24,215 nucleotides of DNA from a virus (Duplodnaviria; Caudoviricetes), in the IMG/VR virus record IMGVR_UViG_3300012041_000064, positions 1 to 24,215 of that record, one strand, 5' to 3'. The translations under genes were made by a program, and so were the position numbers. This document shows positions 8,383 to 16,365 of this stretch, one piece after another (the stretch's first letter is position 1; each line of letters starts with the position of its first letter). The notes beneath the pieces were generated by a model. The model did no database searches. It worked only from the letters and a program-made list of their open reading frames with translations, and was not told the DNA's origin.

Positions 8383-9810
8383 TTATGGAGTTTCTAAGGC
8401 TGCCTTTACGGTTGCAAATTCGGCTGTTACGATTGAGCCAACATTAGGTGTTGCAAGGAAGTCCTTAAAGAACATCTCCACAATAACTCTTAGTTGGTTG
8501 TTATCGAAGTCACTTACAACTGCTGTAACAGGGTTAGAACCAGTTACGGTAATACCATAACCAATACGAACGGTCAAAGCTTCTTCTTCGATTTTAAATA
8601 AACCAGCTTCTGCCAATGTAAATGTACCAACGTCTTGGTAGGTAGAGGTTATTAACCGTAAACTTAAGACAATTGTTACACCATTCTCTGTAACCATTGG
8701 GAACAAATACCGGCCTTCATCATCCTTGGTTAACCTCATTCTCCATTTATCCTGCGGGTGCAAAATCAACGTATCAGGAATGAAGTTAAGGGTTTCAATT
8801 TGGGCGGCAACCGCTCCAATAGCATCATAATCGTTTGCATTATTGATTGTGCCATCCAATACCGTACCAGTATAACCAGCTGCTTCTGCCTGGAAATCTG
8901 CAGTTATAAGAGCATTGTAGTCTCTTACCATTTTATCCATAATCAAGTTACGAATAATGGTATAAGCATTCTTACGGAACTTTGCAAATTCTTCGGTTAT
9001 AATGTACTTACCGGCAATCTTCTTTGCTTCTGCAATGTTACGTACCAAACCAGTTGATACAAGAGGTTTAATTGCACCTTCTGCCACAATAGCAAAAGCA
9101 CCTTCTTCGCTACCTTCTTCCAGCCATGTTGTATACTGGTCAATGTCGGCTGTAACTGTACGGTCAACAATGTCATAAATGTATTGCCGGCCATAACGTT
9201 TTCCAACAAATTCGGCAATGCTGAAAGATTCAATAAGGTCAGCTGGAATTGAATTGGTTGATTCATTGATAGTGTTGTCAGTTGTCATAACGGCAGCTGC
9301 ACGTACATTCAATTCAACAATTTCCTTAGAGCCTTTTACCTTGAAAATCTTCTCAACATCGGTCATTCTCTTTTCCAAGCTGTCTTTAAAGACATTCAGC
9401 TTGCCATCTGCACCGGTTGTTGTCATCCTTTGCTTAAGCTTTTCAATTTCACCGGCAATGTTCTTAACGCTGGTAATTGCTGCGGTTTGGTCTGCACCAA
9501 ATTTCCTCAACTCTTCCATGTTTAAACCTTTCAATTCATTGGCAACAAGAACGGCAATTGAGGTTTTATCCTTAATACCCCTCTTCTTAAATTCTTTACC
9601 CATACGAACGGTAATTTTCTTAAGAAGCATTCTTTCTTCTCTGCTGCCTTCATCGTCTTCATCTTCGTCTTCATCTTCGTCTTCTTCCTCTTCTGTTGGT
9701 GCAGCTGCACCGCCACCAACATAATGTGCATGCCTCATAGAGACATTTCGCTTACTGGGAATGAATTCACTATGCCCAGTATTTAAGAATTGCAAATATT
9801 TCTTTTTCAT
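8383..9810 (-). CDS. Major capsid protein (HK97 fold) with N-terminal scaffolding (delta) domain
   Basis: 475 aa after the prohead protease. Coiled-coil N-terminus, then VAEGAIKP, ILHPQDKWRMRLTKDDEGRYLF and FDNNQLRVIVE. Likely maturation site NVR170|AAA. Confidence 0.93.
   Translation of the reverse strand: MKKKYLQFLNTGHSEFIPSKRNVSMRHAHYVGGGAAAPTEEEEDEDEDEDEDDEGSREERMLLKKITVRMGKEFKKRGIKDKTSIAVLVANELKGLNMEELRKFGADQTAAITSVKNIAGEIEKLKQRMTTTGADGKLNVFKDSLEKRMTDVEKIFKVKGSKEIVELNVRAAAVMTTDNTINESTNSIPADLIESFSIAEFVGKRYGRQYIYDIVDRTVTADIDQYTTWLEEGSEEGAFAIVAEGAIKPLVSTGLVRNIAEAKKIAGKYIITEEFAKFRKNAYTIIRNLIMDKMVRDYNALITADFQAEAAGYTGTVLDGTINNANDYDAIGAVAAQIETLNFIPDTLILHPQDKWRMRLTKDDEGRYLFPMVTENGVTIVLSLRLITSTYQDVGTFTLAEAGLFKIEEEALTVRIGYGITVTGSNPVTAVVSDFDNNQLRVIVEMFFKDFLATPNVGSIVTAEFATVKAALETP
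9649..9693 (-). repeat. Low-complexity tandem repeat encoding EEEEDEDEDEDEDDE
   Basis: About 2.5 copies of the 12-nt unit cgtcttcatctt; 15 consecutive acidic residues. Confidence 0.9.
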
Positions 9811-9815
9811 TTCTT

Positions 9816-11615
9816 TTAGAGATTTTTTGTTACAAAATTTAGATTTATCTTTCGGTTTTTCACTCTTTTCATAGGCGGCTTATCTACTTTGAGTTTGATT
9901 TCTCTCTTCTCAACCTGAATAAGTGCTTTCTGTTGTGTGAATAACTGTCTTGCCTGTAATCTGTCCTTCCTTGGAAGGATATTTATGAAATTTTCAATTT
10001 CATCGTACAACTCTACTTCTGTATTGCCGGTTGACCGCATTGCATAAGTTTCACGGTCAGAACCGGCAGTTACAACACTACCTTCTACAAAATCACATTC
10101 AGCTATTACCAAGCTGTCATCTTTATCATCGTATTCGATCTTATCCCATACATAATGGAAGCCAACCGAAAACTGGTTTAACGTTCCACTTCTAATCTGT
10201 TCAATTGCACGGTCTGCATTTGGCACGTCATCTAATGGTGCAGTTTCAAAATACAAACCATATTCATCTTCTTCTAGTATATTGAACAAAGCTAATGGGT
10301 CACAAAGATCATGTTGCCATAAGAAGGTAATCTTATACTTTGCATTGCTATTAGGCCCACGTTCATTTATAGATTTAGCAAATGCACCTTTAACAAACTT
10401 TTCTCCGTAATCGTTACGGTTTCCCCATTTACAAAGATAACCACGAATTATTCTTTTATCAAAATCAGATTTCTTATCTTGTTTGTAACCAACTGCACTA
10501 ATGTTTATTCTTCTATATTCTATGAAACCAGTGCGGGTTTTAAGTTCGTTTATTCTGTCTTCCATAGACAAAATACTTCTCTTCTTAGTTACATGGTGTG
10601 GGCTAACCTTTTCTTTAGTACCGTCAGGAAATTTAACAGTAAATATATCACCAGAAATTGTTGCATCATGAATTGTACCTTCTTTAGGGCGTTTCATTGT
10701 TGGTTCTTTAACCGTAACTTTATCACCTTTGCTTACTTTATTACCTTCTCTATCTGAACCAACAGGTTTAGGTTTTGCTTTTTTAACATCATCTGGGTGA
10801 AATAATTGTTTATCTCCATCATTTAATTTTACTTCTACAAAACCACCTTCAGATATATGCCCTGTGAAAGTACCAGGAAAATCTTTATGTGGAGTAAGCC
10901 CATAAGGCTTGCTACCTATAACTTCATCACCTTTCTTAATCTCACCTCCATCACTAGAAGTAAACCTTCCATTTTCATCTCTTTCTTGATCTTCAGAATA
11001 CCGTAAATTCATTGAACGTTTCTTATTGTACGGATTATTGTCTTTAACTTTCTTAGCTTTTGGTGTTGTAAAATCTATACCTACTTGGTCATAAGTTTTA
11101 TGTTGATCATTCCATACACCAACTCCAATAGCAACTGCACCTTTACCAGCTTTATATCCTGAAGTTTTATCAAAAGCTTTATCAAGTGCTTCTTTAGCCG
11201 ATTTACCTTTTACAACTTCTATGAATGTACCGCCTCCCCAATCTTCCCTACCTTGGAATTTTACTTTGAAATCTTTTACTTCACCTGTTGGGTTTATAGC
11301 TTCTTTACTTTTTGGTATTTCAACTTGCAACTTAGCAGGGTGAAACGTTTCTGCACCTTCTATACCACCGCCCTTACCTATTTTACCGGTAATAACTTGG
11401 CCTTGTAAATTTACAGATATTACTTGTTTTATTTCACCTTCTGGTGTCTTTACATTAGCACCTTCTGTAAAAGCTTTAGAAACGTCTTCTTGGCTGCCAC
11501 TCCCTTGCACACTGCTGCTTTCACCAGAAGCAAAACGGCCTCTTTCGTCTCTTTCTTGGTCTTCAGAATAACGTTTGTTCAATACAGCCCTCAATAGTTG
11601 TGTTGTAGTTGCCAT
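9816..11615 (-). CDS. HK97-family prohead protease (peptidase S78-like) with ~350-aa N-terminal multi-domain extension
   Basis: C-terminal part has IRGY..WGN..DYGEKFVKGAF, FLWQHD (catalytic His), EDEYGLYFE, QFSVGF (catalytic Ser), EGSVVT. Located between portal and capsid. Confidence 0.93.
   Translation of the reverse strand: MATTTQLLRAVLNKRYSEDQERDERGRFASGESSSVQGSGSQEDVSKAFTEGANVKTPEGEIKQVISVNLQGQVITGKIGKGGGIEGAETFHPAKLQVEIPKSKEAINPTGEVKDFKVKFQGREDWGGGTFIEVVKGKSAKEALDKAFDKTSGYKAGKGAVAIGVGVWNDQHKTYDQVGIDFTTPKAKKVKDNNPYNKKRSMNLRYSEDQERDENGRFTSSDGGEIKKGDEVIGSKPYGLTPHKDFPGTFTGHISEGGFVEVKLNDGDKQLFHPDDVKKAKPKPVGSDREGNKVSKGDKVTVKEPTMKRPKEGTIHDATISGDIFTVKFPDGTKEKVSPHHVTKKRSILSMEDRINELKTRTGFIEYRRINISAVGYKQDKKSDFDKRIIRGYLCKWGNRNDYGEKFVKGAFAKSINERGPNSNAKYKITFLWQHDLCDPLALFNILEEDEYGLYFETAPLDDVPNADRAIEQIRSGTLNQFSVGFHYVWDKIEYDDKDDSLVIAECDFVEGSVVTAGSDRETYAMRSTGNTEVELYDEIENFINILPRKDRLQARQLFTQQKALIQVEKREIKLKVDKPPMKRVKNRKINLNFVTKNL
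10956..11003 (-). repeat. Copy 2 of the intragenic motif, RYSEDQERDENGRFTS (aa 205-220)
   Basis: 14/16 aa identical to copy 1 at 11526-11573. Confidence 0.95.
11526..11573 (-). repeat. Copy 1 of the intragenic motif, RYSEDQERDERGRFAS (aa 15-30)
   Basis: 14/16 aa identical to copy 2, with several synonymous differences at DNA level. Confidence 0.95.
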
Positions 11616-11618
11616 AAT

Positions 11619-13172
11619 TTAAACTTTTACTGGTTTACCGTTAGTTGGTTTACCGTTAAAAATCGGTTCAGGTTCAATTTCTTTAGCTACTATAAGTTGT
11701 GCAGCAAGTTTCTTATCTATACCGAATATAGAAATTAACGCTGCTTCTTTTGCTTCATCACTAAGGGTAGAATTTGCAAGAGTGGAATTTAAAGCCGTTA
11801 TGCCTTCTGTACCTAATCTAGCAAGTAATGGGTCAGGATTTTTAGGGTCAGTACAATAGAAATCTCCACCTTCTACGGCTTCTACACCTACCATTCCATT
11901 CCTTTCATTCTTTGTAATAAACCCTTTCTTATATTGTAAATCGGCTGTTTCCGTGTTAAGCTTTAGCACATCTGCTTCTAATTTCTTATCACCTTGTAAA
12001 TAGTTTACATGGTCAAAATTTGGATAGACGTACATTCTTTGTTGATCAAAGTACATTCCACTTGTCCAGGAATCAGCAAACATTGTTGCCATCGGTACAA
12101 TAACGTTGTCATAGAAGGCAGTCATTGAAGCATCAACGTTAGAATAAGTTCCAGCATCTTTAGAAGGAACTAAATGCCGTGGTACACGTAAGGTAGAATA
12201 GATAGCAATTGCATCTGCAAGGGTTTCTTCAAAAGGCATTAATTCCTTTATCGTCATACCTATTTGAATAAAGTCAATAGGTTGACCGGTTATGCCAATG
12301 TTAGATTTACCACTAAGAACACCGTAAGTTCTTTGATAATCTGCAAGTAATTGGTCAGTTTCTGTTGCATTCAAAGCTACTGTACCAGAATCATCCGTTT
12401 TCCTAGATACAATAAAACCCATTGCGCCTCTTTTGATATAAATAACACCTCTTGCTTCGTAGACTGGTATAAGGTTTTTAATTGGCTTATCTGCACCTAA
12501 TAAAGGGCTGTTGTTACGGTTAAGATCAAAGTTGTGAAGAAGAGAATAGTTTACAATAGGCATTACTTCTCTTGGTTCAAAAACCCTGCCTTTTGTACCT
12601 ATTATTGCATCTCTTAACTGGTATCTGGTAATAAAATCTTCCACTTCTGTGCAAGTGTAAATGTCAACGTTTTTCTTCTGATCTACGTAAACACCTTGAG
12701 AAGGAAGTGTAAACCATGAAAGGATATTTCCGTATCTCTCTTCTAAGGTAGAAGGTAAATTACGCATCCAAAATAACCGTCCGGTTAGAAGGTAGTAACA
12801 TACAGACATATAAACGTGTTGCTGCATGTTCATGAAAGGGTTTGGAGTAGAAAAGAGACGGTTGAAATTTTCGTCATTGAAATTTACTTCATCATTCCAG
12901 GATTTACGCAATTCCCACCTTGCATCAGCTACTCTAGAAGCTATTTCATGTATAGGTGCAAAGATTTCTGGTAAGCAATGGAACAATTCAATGAAATTAC
13001 TTTGACCATAATAACCGTCTAATAGGTTAGCAATATGTCGTTTTAAATTCGGTTCGTCTGGTGACCATTCCATTTCCGGTTTTCTCTCAATAAATACCTT
13101 CTCTGGAATAGTTGCAGGTATATAAGAAGAAAATTCAGCTGCTGAACGGTTTTGTTTGCTTATTTTTAACAT
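11619..13172 (-). CDS. Portal protein (HK97-like)
   Basis: 517 aa directly after terL. IASRVAD, SPLLG, IYSTLRVPRHLV, TYSNV, FYDNVIVP and GFITKNERNGMVG..VEGGD motifs. Confidence 0.92.
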   Translation of the reverse strand: MLKISKQNRSAAEFSSYIPATIPEKVFIERKPEMEWSPDEPNLKRHIANLLDGYYGQSNFIELFHCLPEIFAPIHEIASRVADARWELRKSWNDEVNFNDENFNRLFSTPNPFMNMQQHVYMSVCYYLLTGRLFWMRNLPSTLEERYGNILSWFTLPSQGVYVDQKKNVDIYTCTEVEDFITRYQLRDAIIGTKGRVFEPREVMPIVNYSLLHNFDLNRNNSPLLGADKPIKNLIPVYEARGVIYIKRGAMGFIVSRKTDDSGTVALNATETDQLLADYQRTYGVLSGKSNIGITGQPIDFIQIGMTIKELMPFEETLADAIAIYSTLRVPRHLVPSKDAGTYSNVDASMTAFYDNVIVPMATMFADSWTSGMYFDQQRMYVYPNFDHVNYLQGDKKLEADVLKLNTETADLQYKKGFITKNERNGMVGVEAVEGGDFYCTDPKNPDPLLARLGTEGITALNSTLANSTLSDEAKEAALISIFGIDKKLAAQLIVAKEIEPEPIFNGKPTNGKPVKV

Positions 13173-13173
13173 C

Positions 13174-14754
13174 TTACTTTATTGGTTTCCACAAATGTGT
13201 AAAATTCTTTTCATAATAAGCTGCTTTCATTTCGAGTAAATCTGGTGCATCATCATGTTTATTCTTCTTTCCAGGCTCTTGTATTCTCAAATAACTAATC
13301 AAGTTTCGCATAAACTTAGCGTATTGTGGATATTCAGCCCAATCTTTGCGAAACCTAAAATGGTTTTTAATGAAAGACGAACGGTTCAGTATTCTAGAAT
13401 GTTTGTTGGTTCGTGGTTTAACTATTCTAAAATCATTCTTGTAAATCTTTTCACCATAAGTAACTTTACTTGTTAACCTCTCTCTTATTCTAGTAGCTGT
13501 TTCTTTCCAACCAAATACACCTTCTATAATGGTATCCGATACACGGTAATGGCCTCCCATTATTAATTCTTCTATAGCTACTTCATTGTGATCTGTGCCA
13601 TCAGTGTTGTAAAGGACATCAACCAAATATATTTTGTCACCTATTAACTTTGTAACTCCACCAGCAAAATCATCTCCACCTTCATCAGCAGGGTCAGCAG
13701 CAAATAAAGTAAAATCAGGGTCAGATAAATCCACTGCATTCATGTCAAACTTCTCTAACTCTTCTAGTGGGAACAATAAACCAGCTTTTGGTGCAGGGTT
13801 CTGTTGATACTGTCTTCCAAATACAAGTTCGTTACCTGATTGAATAGCTAACAACTCCTCTACAGTATGTTTGTGCGGCCAAAGGGCAATGTACTTTTTC
13901 TTTGTACCGTCTTTCAAAACAACCTCTTCACCTTCTTTGTTTTCAATCAAGCAAGGCATTGAAATTATTCTCCATTGGTCAGGTTCATTAGGTCTTAGAA
14001 GATAACCTGTCAAATCTTCAGGATGCAACCTTTGCTGTATAAGAATGATAGGTGTATTCCGGCTGTTTACACGGTTACGAATGGTTGAATCAAAACGGCT
14101 ATTTACTTTAGTACGTTGTAATTCCATGTCTGCATCTTCTGGTTTAATTGGGTCATCTATGACAATTGCACCAGCAAATTTTAGCTTCTGTTCTAACTTA
14201 GATAGACCAATTTCTTCCTTCTGTCTGGCAATCATATCAGCGAAATCCATTAATTCAAATTCCTCATCTACTTCACCTGCACCAAACCCCGTAACCTGAC
14301 CAGCGGCAGCCCTTGCAAGCAATCCACCACCTTGTGTTGTATACCATTTCTTCTTACCCTTGCTATCCCATTTAATGTTTATACCTGGAAACATATTCTG
14401 GTAATCTTCTGACTCCAGAAGGTCTTTAATAGATTCACTGTTATCAAGTGCTATGTCATCACCATAACTAAGGTGTATGAATTTAGCAGCAGGGTTTAAA
14501 GCTAAGCCATGAGATATAAACATTTTTACTGCCAACTCTGTCTTAGAATAACGTGGTGCAAGGTTTATAATTAACCGTTTAAGCCTTCCTAGAAGCACCT
14601 CTTCTAATGCATCAACTATAGTTTGGTGGTGACTGTTCCAAATGAACTTTCTCTTGTATTGAGACCAGAAGAAAAACCTTGTATGAAATTCCAGTGATTC
14701 TAAGCACATAGCCCTAGAAACACGTACCGTTTTCGGTTCTTTAAGGTTAATCAT
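13174..14754 (-). CDS. terL: Terminase large subunit
   Basis: Walker A LAPRYSKT, Walker B IVIDDP, QQRLHPEDL, QYQQNP, nuclease acidic motifs ADPADEGGDD and HDDAPD. Confidence 0.96.
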   Translation of the reverse strand: MINLKEPKTVRVSRAMCLESLEFHTRFFFWSQYKRKFIWNSHHQTIVDALEEVLLGRLKRLIINLAPRYSKTELAVKMFISHGLALNPAAKFIHLSYGDDIALDNSESIKDLLESEDYQNMFPGINIKWDSKGKKKWYTTQGGGLLARAAAGQVTGFGAGEVDEEFELMDFADMIARQKEEIGLSKLEQKLKFAGAIVIDDPIKPEDADMELQRTKVNSRFDSTIRNRVNSRNTPIILIQQRLHPEDLTGYLLRPNEPDQWRIISMPCLIENKEGEEVVLKDGTKKKYIALWPHKHTVEELLAIQSGNELVFGRQYQQNPAPKAGLLFPLEELEKFDMNAVDLSDPDFTLFAADPADEGGDDFAGGVTKLIGDKIYLVDVLYNTDGTDHNEVAIEELIMGGHYRVSDTIIEGVFGWKETATRIRERLTSKVTYGEKIYKNDFRIVKPRTNKHSRILNRSSFIKNHFRFRKDWAEYPQYAKFMRNLISYLRIQEPGKKNKHDDAPDLLEMKAAYYEKNFTHLWKPIK

Positions 14755-14843
14755 TTCTTGGTTTCAGAATAGAAGATACTGCTCAACAGAATTAATAGAA
14801 GACAGCAAATGCCAAATATTAAGTTAGCTAAGTTCCTGTCCAA
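14751..14843 (-). CDS. Possible 30-aa membrane micropeptide
   Basis: TTG start, (M)DRNLANLIFGICCLLLILLSSIFYSETKK. Its TGA overlaps the terL ATG (ATGA). Confidence 0.4.
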   Translation of the reverse strand: MDRNLANLIFGICCLLLILLSSIFYSETKK

Positions 14844-14997
14844 TGGTCTCTTCTAGTTGTTTAATAGAATTATGAACTTCCTTGTTGTCCATATTATGTG
14901 CGATAATCCTTTGGTCTCCCTTTACAACAATCAATGCTGCAAAATCAGAAATAAGGATTAACCAAATAAGGTAAAGCTTGTCTTTAAGCCTTCTCAT
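14824..14997 (-). CDS. Hypothetical 57-aa protein with hydrophobic N-terminal segment
   Basis: MRRLKDKLYLIWLILISDFAALIVVKGDQR...QELS. Fills the terS-terL gap; below the ORF track cutoff. Confidence 0.55.
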   Translation of the reverse strand: MRRLKDKLYLIWLILISDFAALIVVKGDQRIIAHNMDNKEVHNSIKQLEETIGQELS

Positions 14998-15043
14998 ACT
15001 TGGGTTTCGGCTTTGGTTTGGGTTTGGGTTTAGTCGTTACCAT
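14984..15043 (-). CDS. Possible 19-aa Lys-Pro micropeptide MVTTKPKPKPKPKPKYEKA
   Basis: ATG overlaps the terS end. The KP repeat is kept despite codon variation (AAA CCC, AAA CCA, AAG CCG). Confidence 0.45.
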   Translation of the reverse strand: MVTTKPKPKPKPKPKYEKA

Positions 15044-15573
15044 ATTGTGTCTTTTAATTGTTTAGCAATTTCAACAACTTCCTCTTTACTGATCGGTAAA
15101 TCTACATTTAGGTTTTTCGTTGTTTCCGGCATATTGTAACCCAACATCTTGTTCAGCATTTCTATAGCTTTTAACTTATCCCACCTTGTTACCTTCTTAA
15201 TGCCACCTAATATGTCGTATTCTATACTTGCAACGGCTGCAACTTCATCGTCTGGCCATACAACAATGTCTTCTCCAATAAGGTTCTTAGGGCTAGAATA
15301 CACAATGTTCATTAGTTCCTGTAATAACCTCTCTCTTGTAACGTCAAAAGCCTTACCACTCTCTAACCGTATCTTGTGTATTCTGTCTCTTACCAGTTGG
15401 CTTTGCATCCATTTATTACCTGTGCCTTTTGTTAAGCTTAAATCCTTCTCTACCTTAGAGATATTAAACCGTAACAAGTAAGCTTGACAGAATTGTTCTT
15501 GTTGGGCTGTCAAACCATTACTGTCAACCGGTTCTTTTGTTTGCCTTGTTCTATGCTGTTGTTTAGCTGCCAT
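15037..15573 (-). CDS. terS: Terminase small subunit
   Basis: N-terminal LTAQQEQFCQAYL HTH-like segment, TRERLLQEL, DKLKAIEMLNKMLG. Upstream of terL. Confidence 0.88.
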   Translation of the reverse strand: MAAKQQHRTRQTKEPVDSNGLTAQQEQFCQAYLLRFNISKVEKDLSLTKGTGNKWMQSQLVRDRIHKIRLESGKAFDVTRERLLQELMNIVYSSPKNLIGEDIVVWPDDEVAAVASIEYDILGGIKKVTRWDKLKAIEMLNKMLGYNMPETTKNLNVDLPISKEEVVEIAKQLKDTIW

Positions 15574-15578
15574 TAAGT

Positions 15579-15704
15579 TTAAATTCTGTGAAAACCTGTT
15601 AACGTCGTAGATTGAACCGTGTAGCGTATAAGTGTAAAGCGTATTAGCGTATAAAGGTAAGCTACATACATTGCTGTATATAGCTTACTGGTAGTTGCTG
15701 TCAT
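15579..15704 (-). CDS. Possible 41-aa leader ORF upstream of terS
   Basis: MTATTSKLYTAMYVAYLYTLIRFTLIRYTVQSTTLTGFHRI. Start context AACTTAATGACAGC is nearly identical to that of terS (AACTTAATGGCAGC). Stops 5 nt before terS. Confidence 0.4.
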   Translation of the reverse strand: MTATTSKLYTAMYVAYLYTLIRFTLIRYTVQSTTLTGFHRI

Positions 15705-15716
15705 TAAGTTGACAGG

Positions 15717-15748
15717 CAAAGTTATACCGTTTCACTGGATTAGCCAAA
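15717..15748 (-). promoter_or_regulatory. Bacteroidota primary-sigma promoter for the packaging/structural operon
   Basis: TTTG (15748-15745), 20-nt spacer, TAACTTTG (15724-15717): exact match to the -33 TTTG / -7 TAnnTTTG consensus. Confidence 0.8.
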
Positions 15749-15785
15749 AAAAAGTGTAAGCCCCTGGAAACCAAGGACTTACACT
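15746..15785 (-). terminator. Intrinsic terminator
   Basis: AGTGTAAGTCCTTGG-TTT-CCAGGGGCTTACACT, a 15-bp stem with 2 G-U pairs running into a T8 tract, 20 nt after the 15806 stop. Confidence 0.9.
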
Positions 15786-15805
15786 AATCTGAGAATCAGA
15801 TTGTT

Positions 15806-16042
15806 TTAATAGTCTGTTAAAACATCTCCAAGCTTCACTTTAAAGGCTGTATTCGCCCACCTTTCAATTGCTAAATCCATTATTCTGCTAAGGTGTTTAG
15901 CCTTCGCTTTAGAGATACAAATAAGGATATCCTGACGTCCTTTACCCTCATCTTCTCTATCGTGGATTAACTGAAGGAAATGGTTGCCGGTTGCATCTGC
16001 AACTAAGCCTGTAGAAGTAGTAACTAAAATTTCTTTTGCCAT
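15806..16042 (-). CDS. Hypothetical protein (78 aa)
   Basis: ATG preceded by AAAACTTATCAA-cc; followed by the terminator. Confidence 0.75.
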   Translation of the reverse strand: MAKEILVTTSTGLVADATGNHFLQLIHDREDEGKGRQDILICISKAKAKHLSRIMDLAIERWANTAFKVKLGDVLTDY

Positions 16043-16065
16043 GGTTGATAAGTTTTTTAAAGTGT

Positions 16066-16365
16066 TTAAGAAGAACGTTTACGGCCATTAGCCACAAAAT
16101 AAGACCAGCCAATTGTTTCTTTCATCGTAAGAACTGGTTTCTTGTAAGTGTTCCAGATTTCAGCACATTGATTGTACCATTTAATGTACCGGTTTACTCT
16201 AGAAGGTGTGATTATTTCACCATGAAGGTAAATGTCACCATTAGGTTGAGGGTACTGGTTGTTAATCTGATCGAAGAGGTCAGCAATAACAGCTGCCATT
16301 TCATACAAGTCTTTAGTATTCTGCCTTTTTTGAGAAGGTGTCAGAAGAGAATTAGAAGGTGTCAT
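16066..16365 (-). CDS. Hypothetical protein (99 aa)
   Basis: Start moved to MTPSNS (16365), which is preceded by the same AAAACTTATCAA-tt. The track's upstream extension runs through a hairpin. Confidence 0.7.
   Translation of the reverse strand: MTPSNSLLTPSQKRQNTKDLYEMAAVIADLFDQINNQYPQPNGDIYLHGEIITPSRVNRYIKWYNQCAEIWNTYKKPVLTMKETIGWSYFVANGRKRSS

Noticed and set aside
8997-9731. Alternate-frame minus ORFs 8997-9266 and 9531-9731 inside the capsid gene
   Set aside because: Fully nested off-frame reads; the KMKT repeat is just the acidic tract in another frame.
9781-9810. Capsid N-terminal KYLQFL resembling the Prp-cleaved NLQFFA motif
   Set aside because: Partial match only, and Prp processing is known from Firmicutes-type hosts whereas the signals here indicate Bacteroidota.
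10956-11573. Direct repeats considered as a CRISPR mini-array or DGR template/variable repeat
   Set aside because: Only two in-frame copies 570 nt apart, differences are mostly synonymous rather than adenine-specific, and no cas or reverse transcriptase gene is present.
14180-14280. Acidic insertion in TerL before Walker B considered as an intein or intron
   Set aside because: About 30 aa, in frame, with no Cys/Ser...His-Asn splice motifs; more likely a loop.
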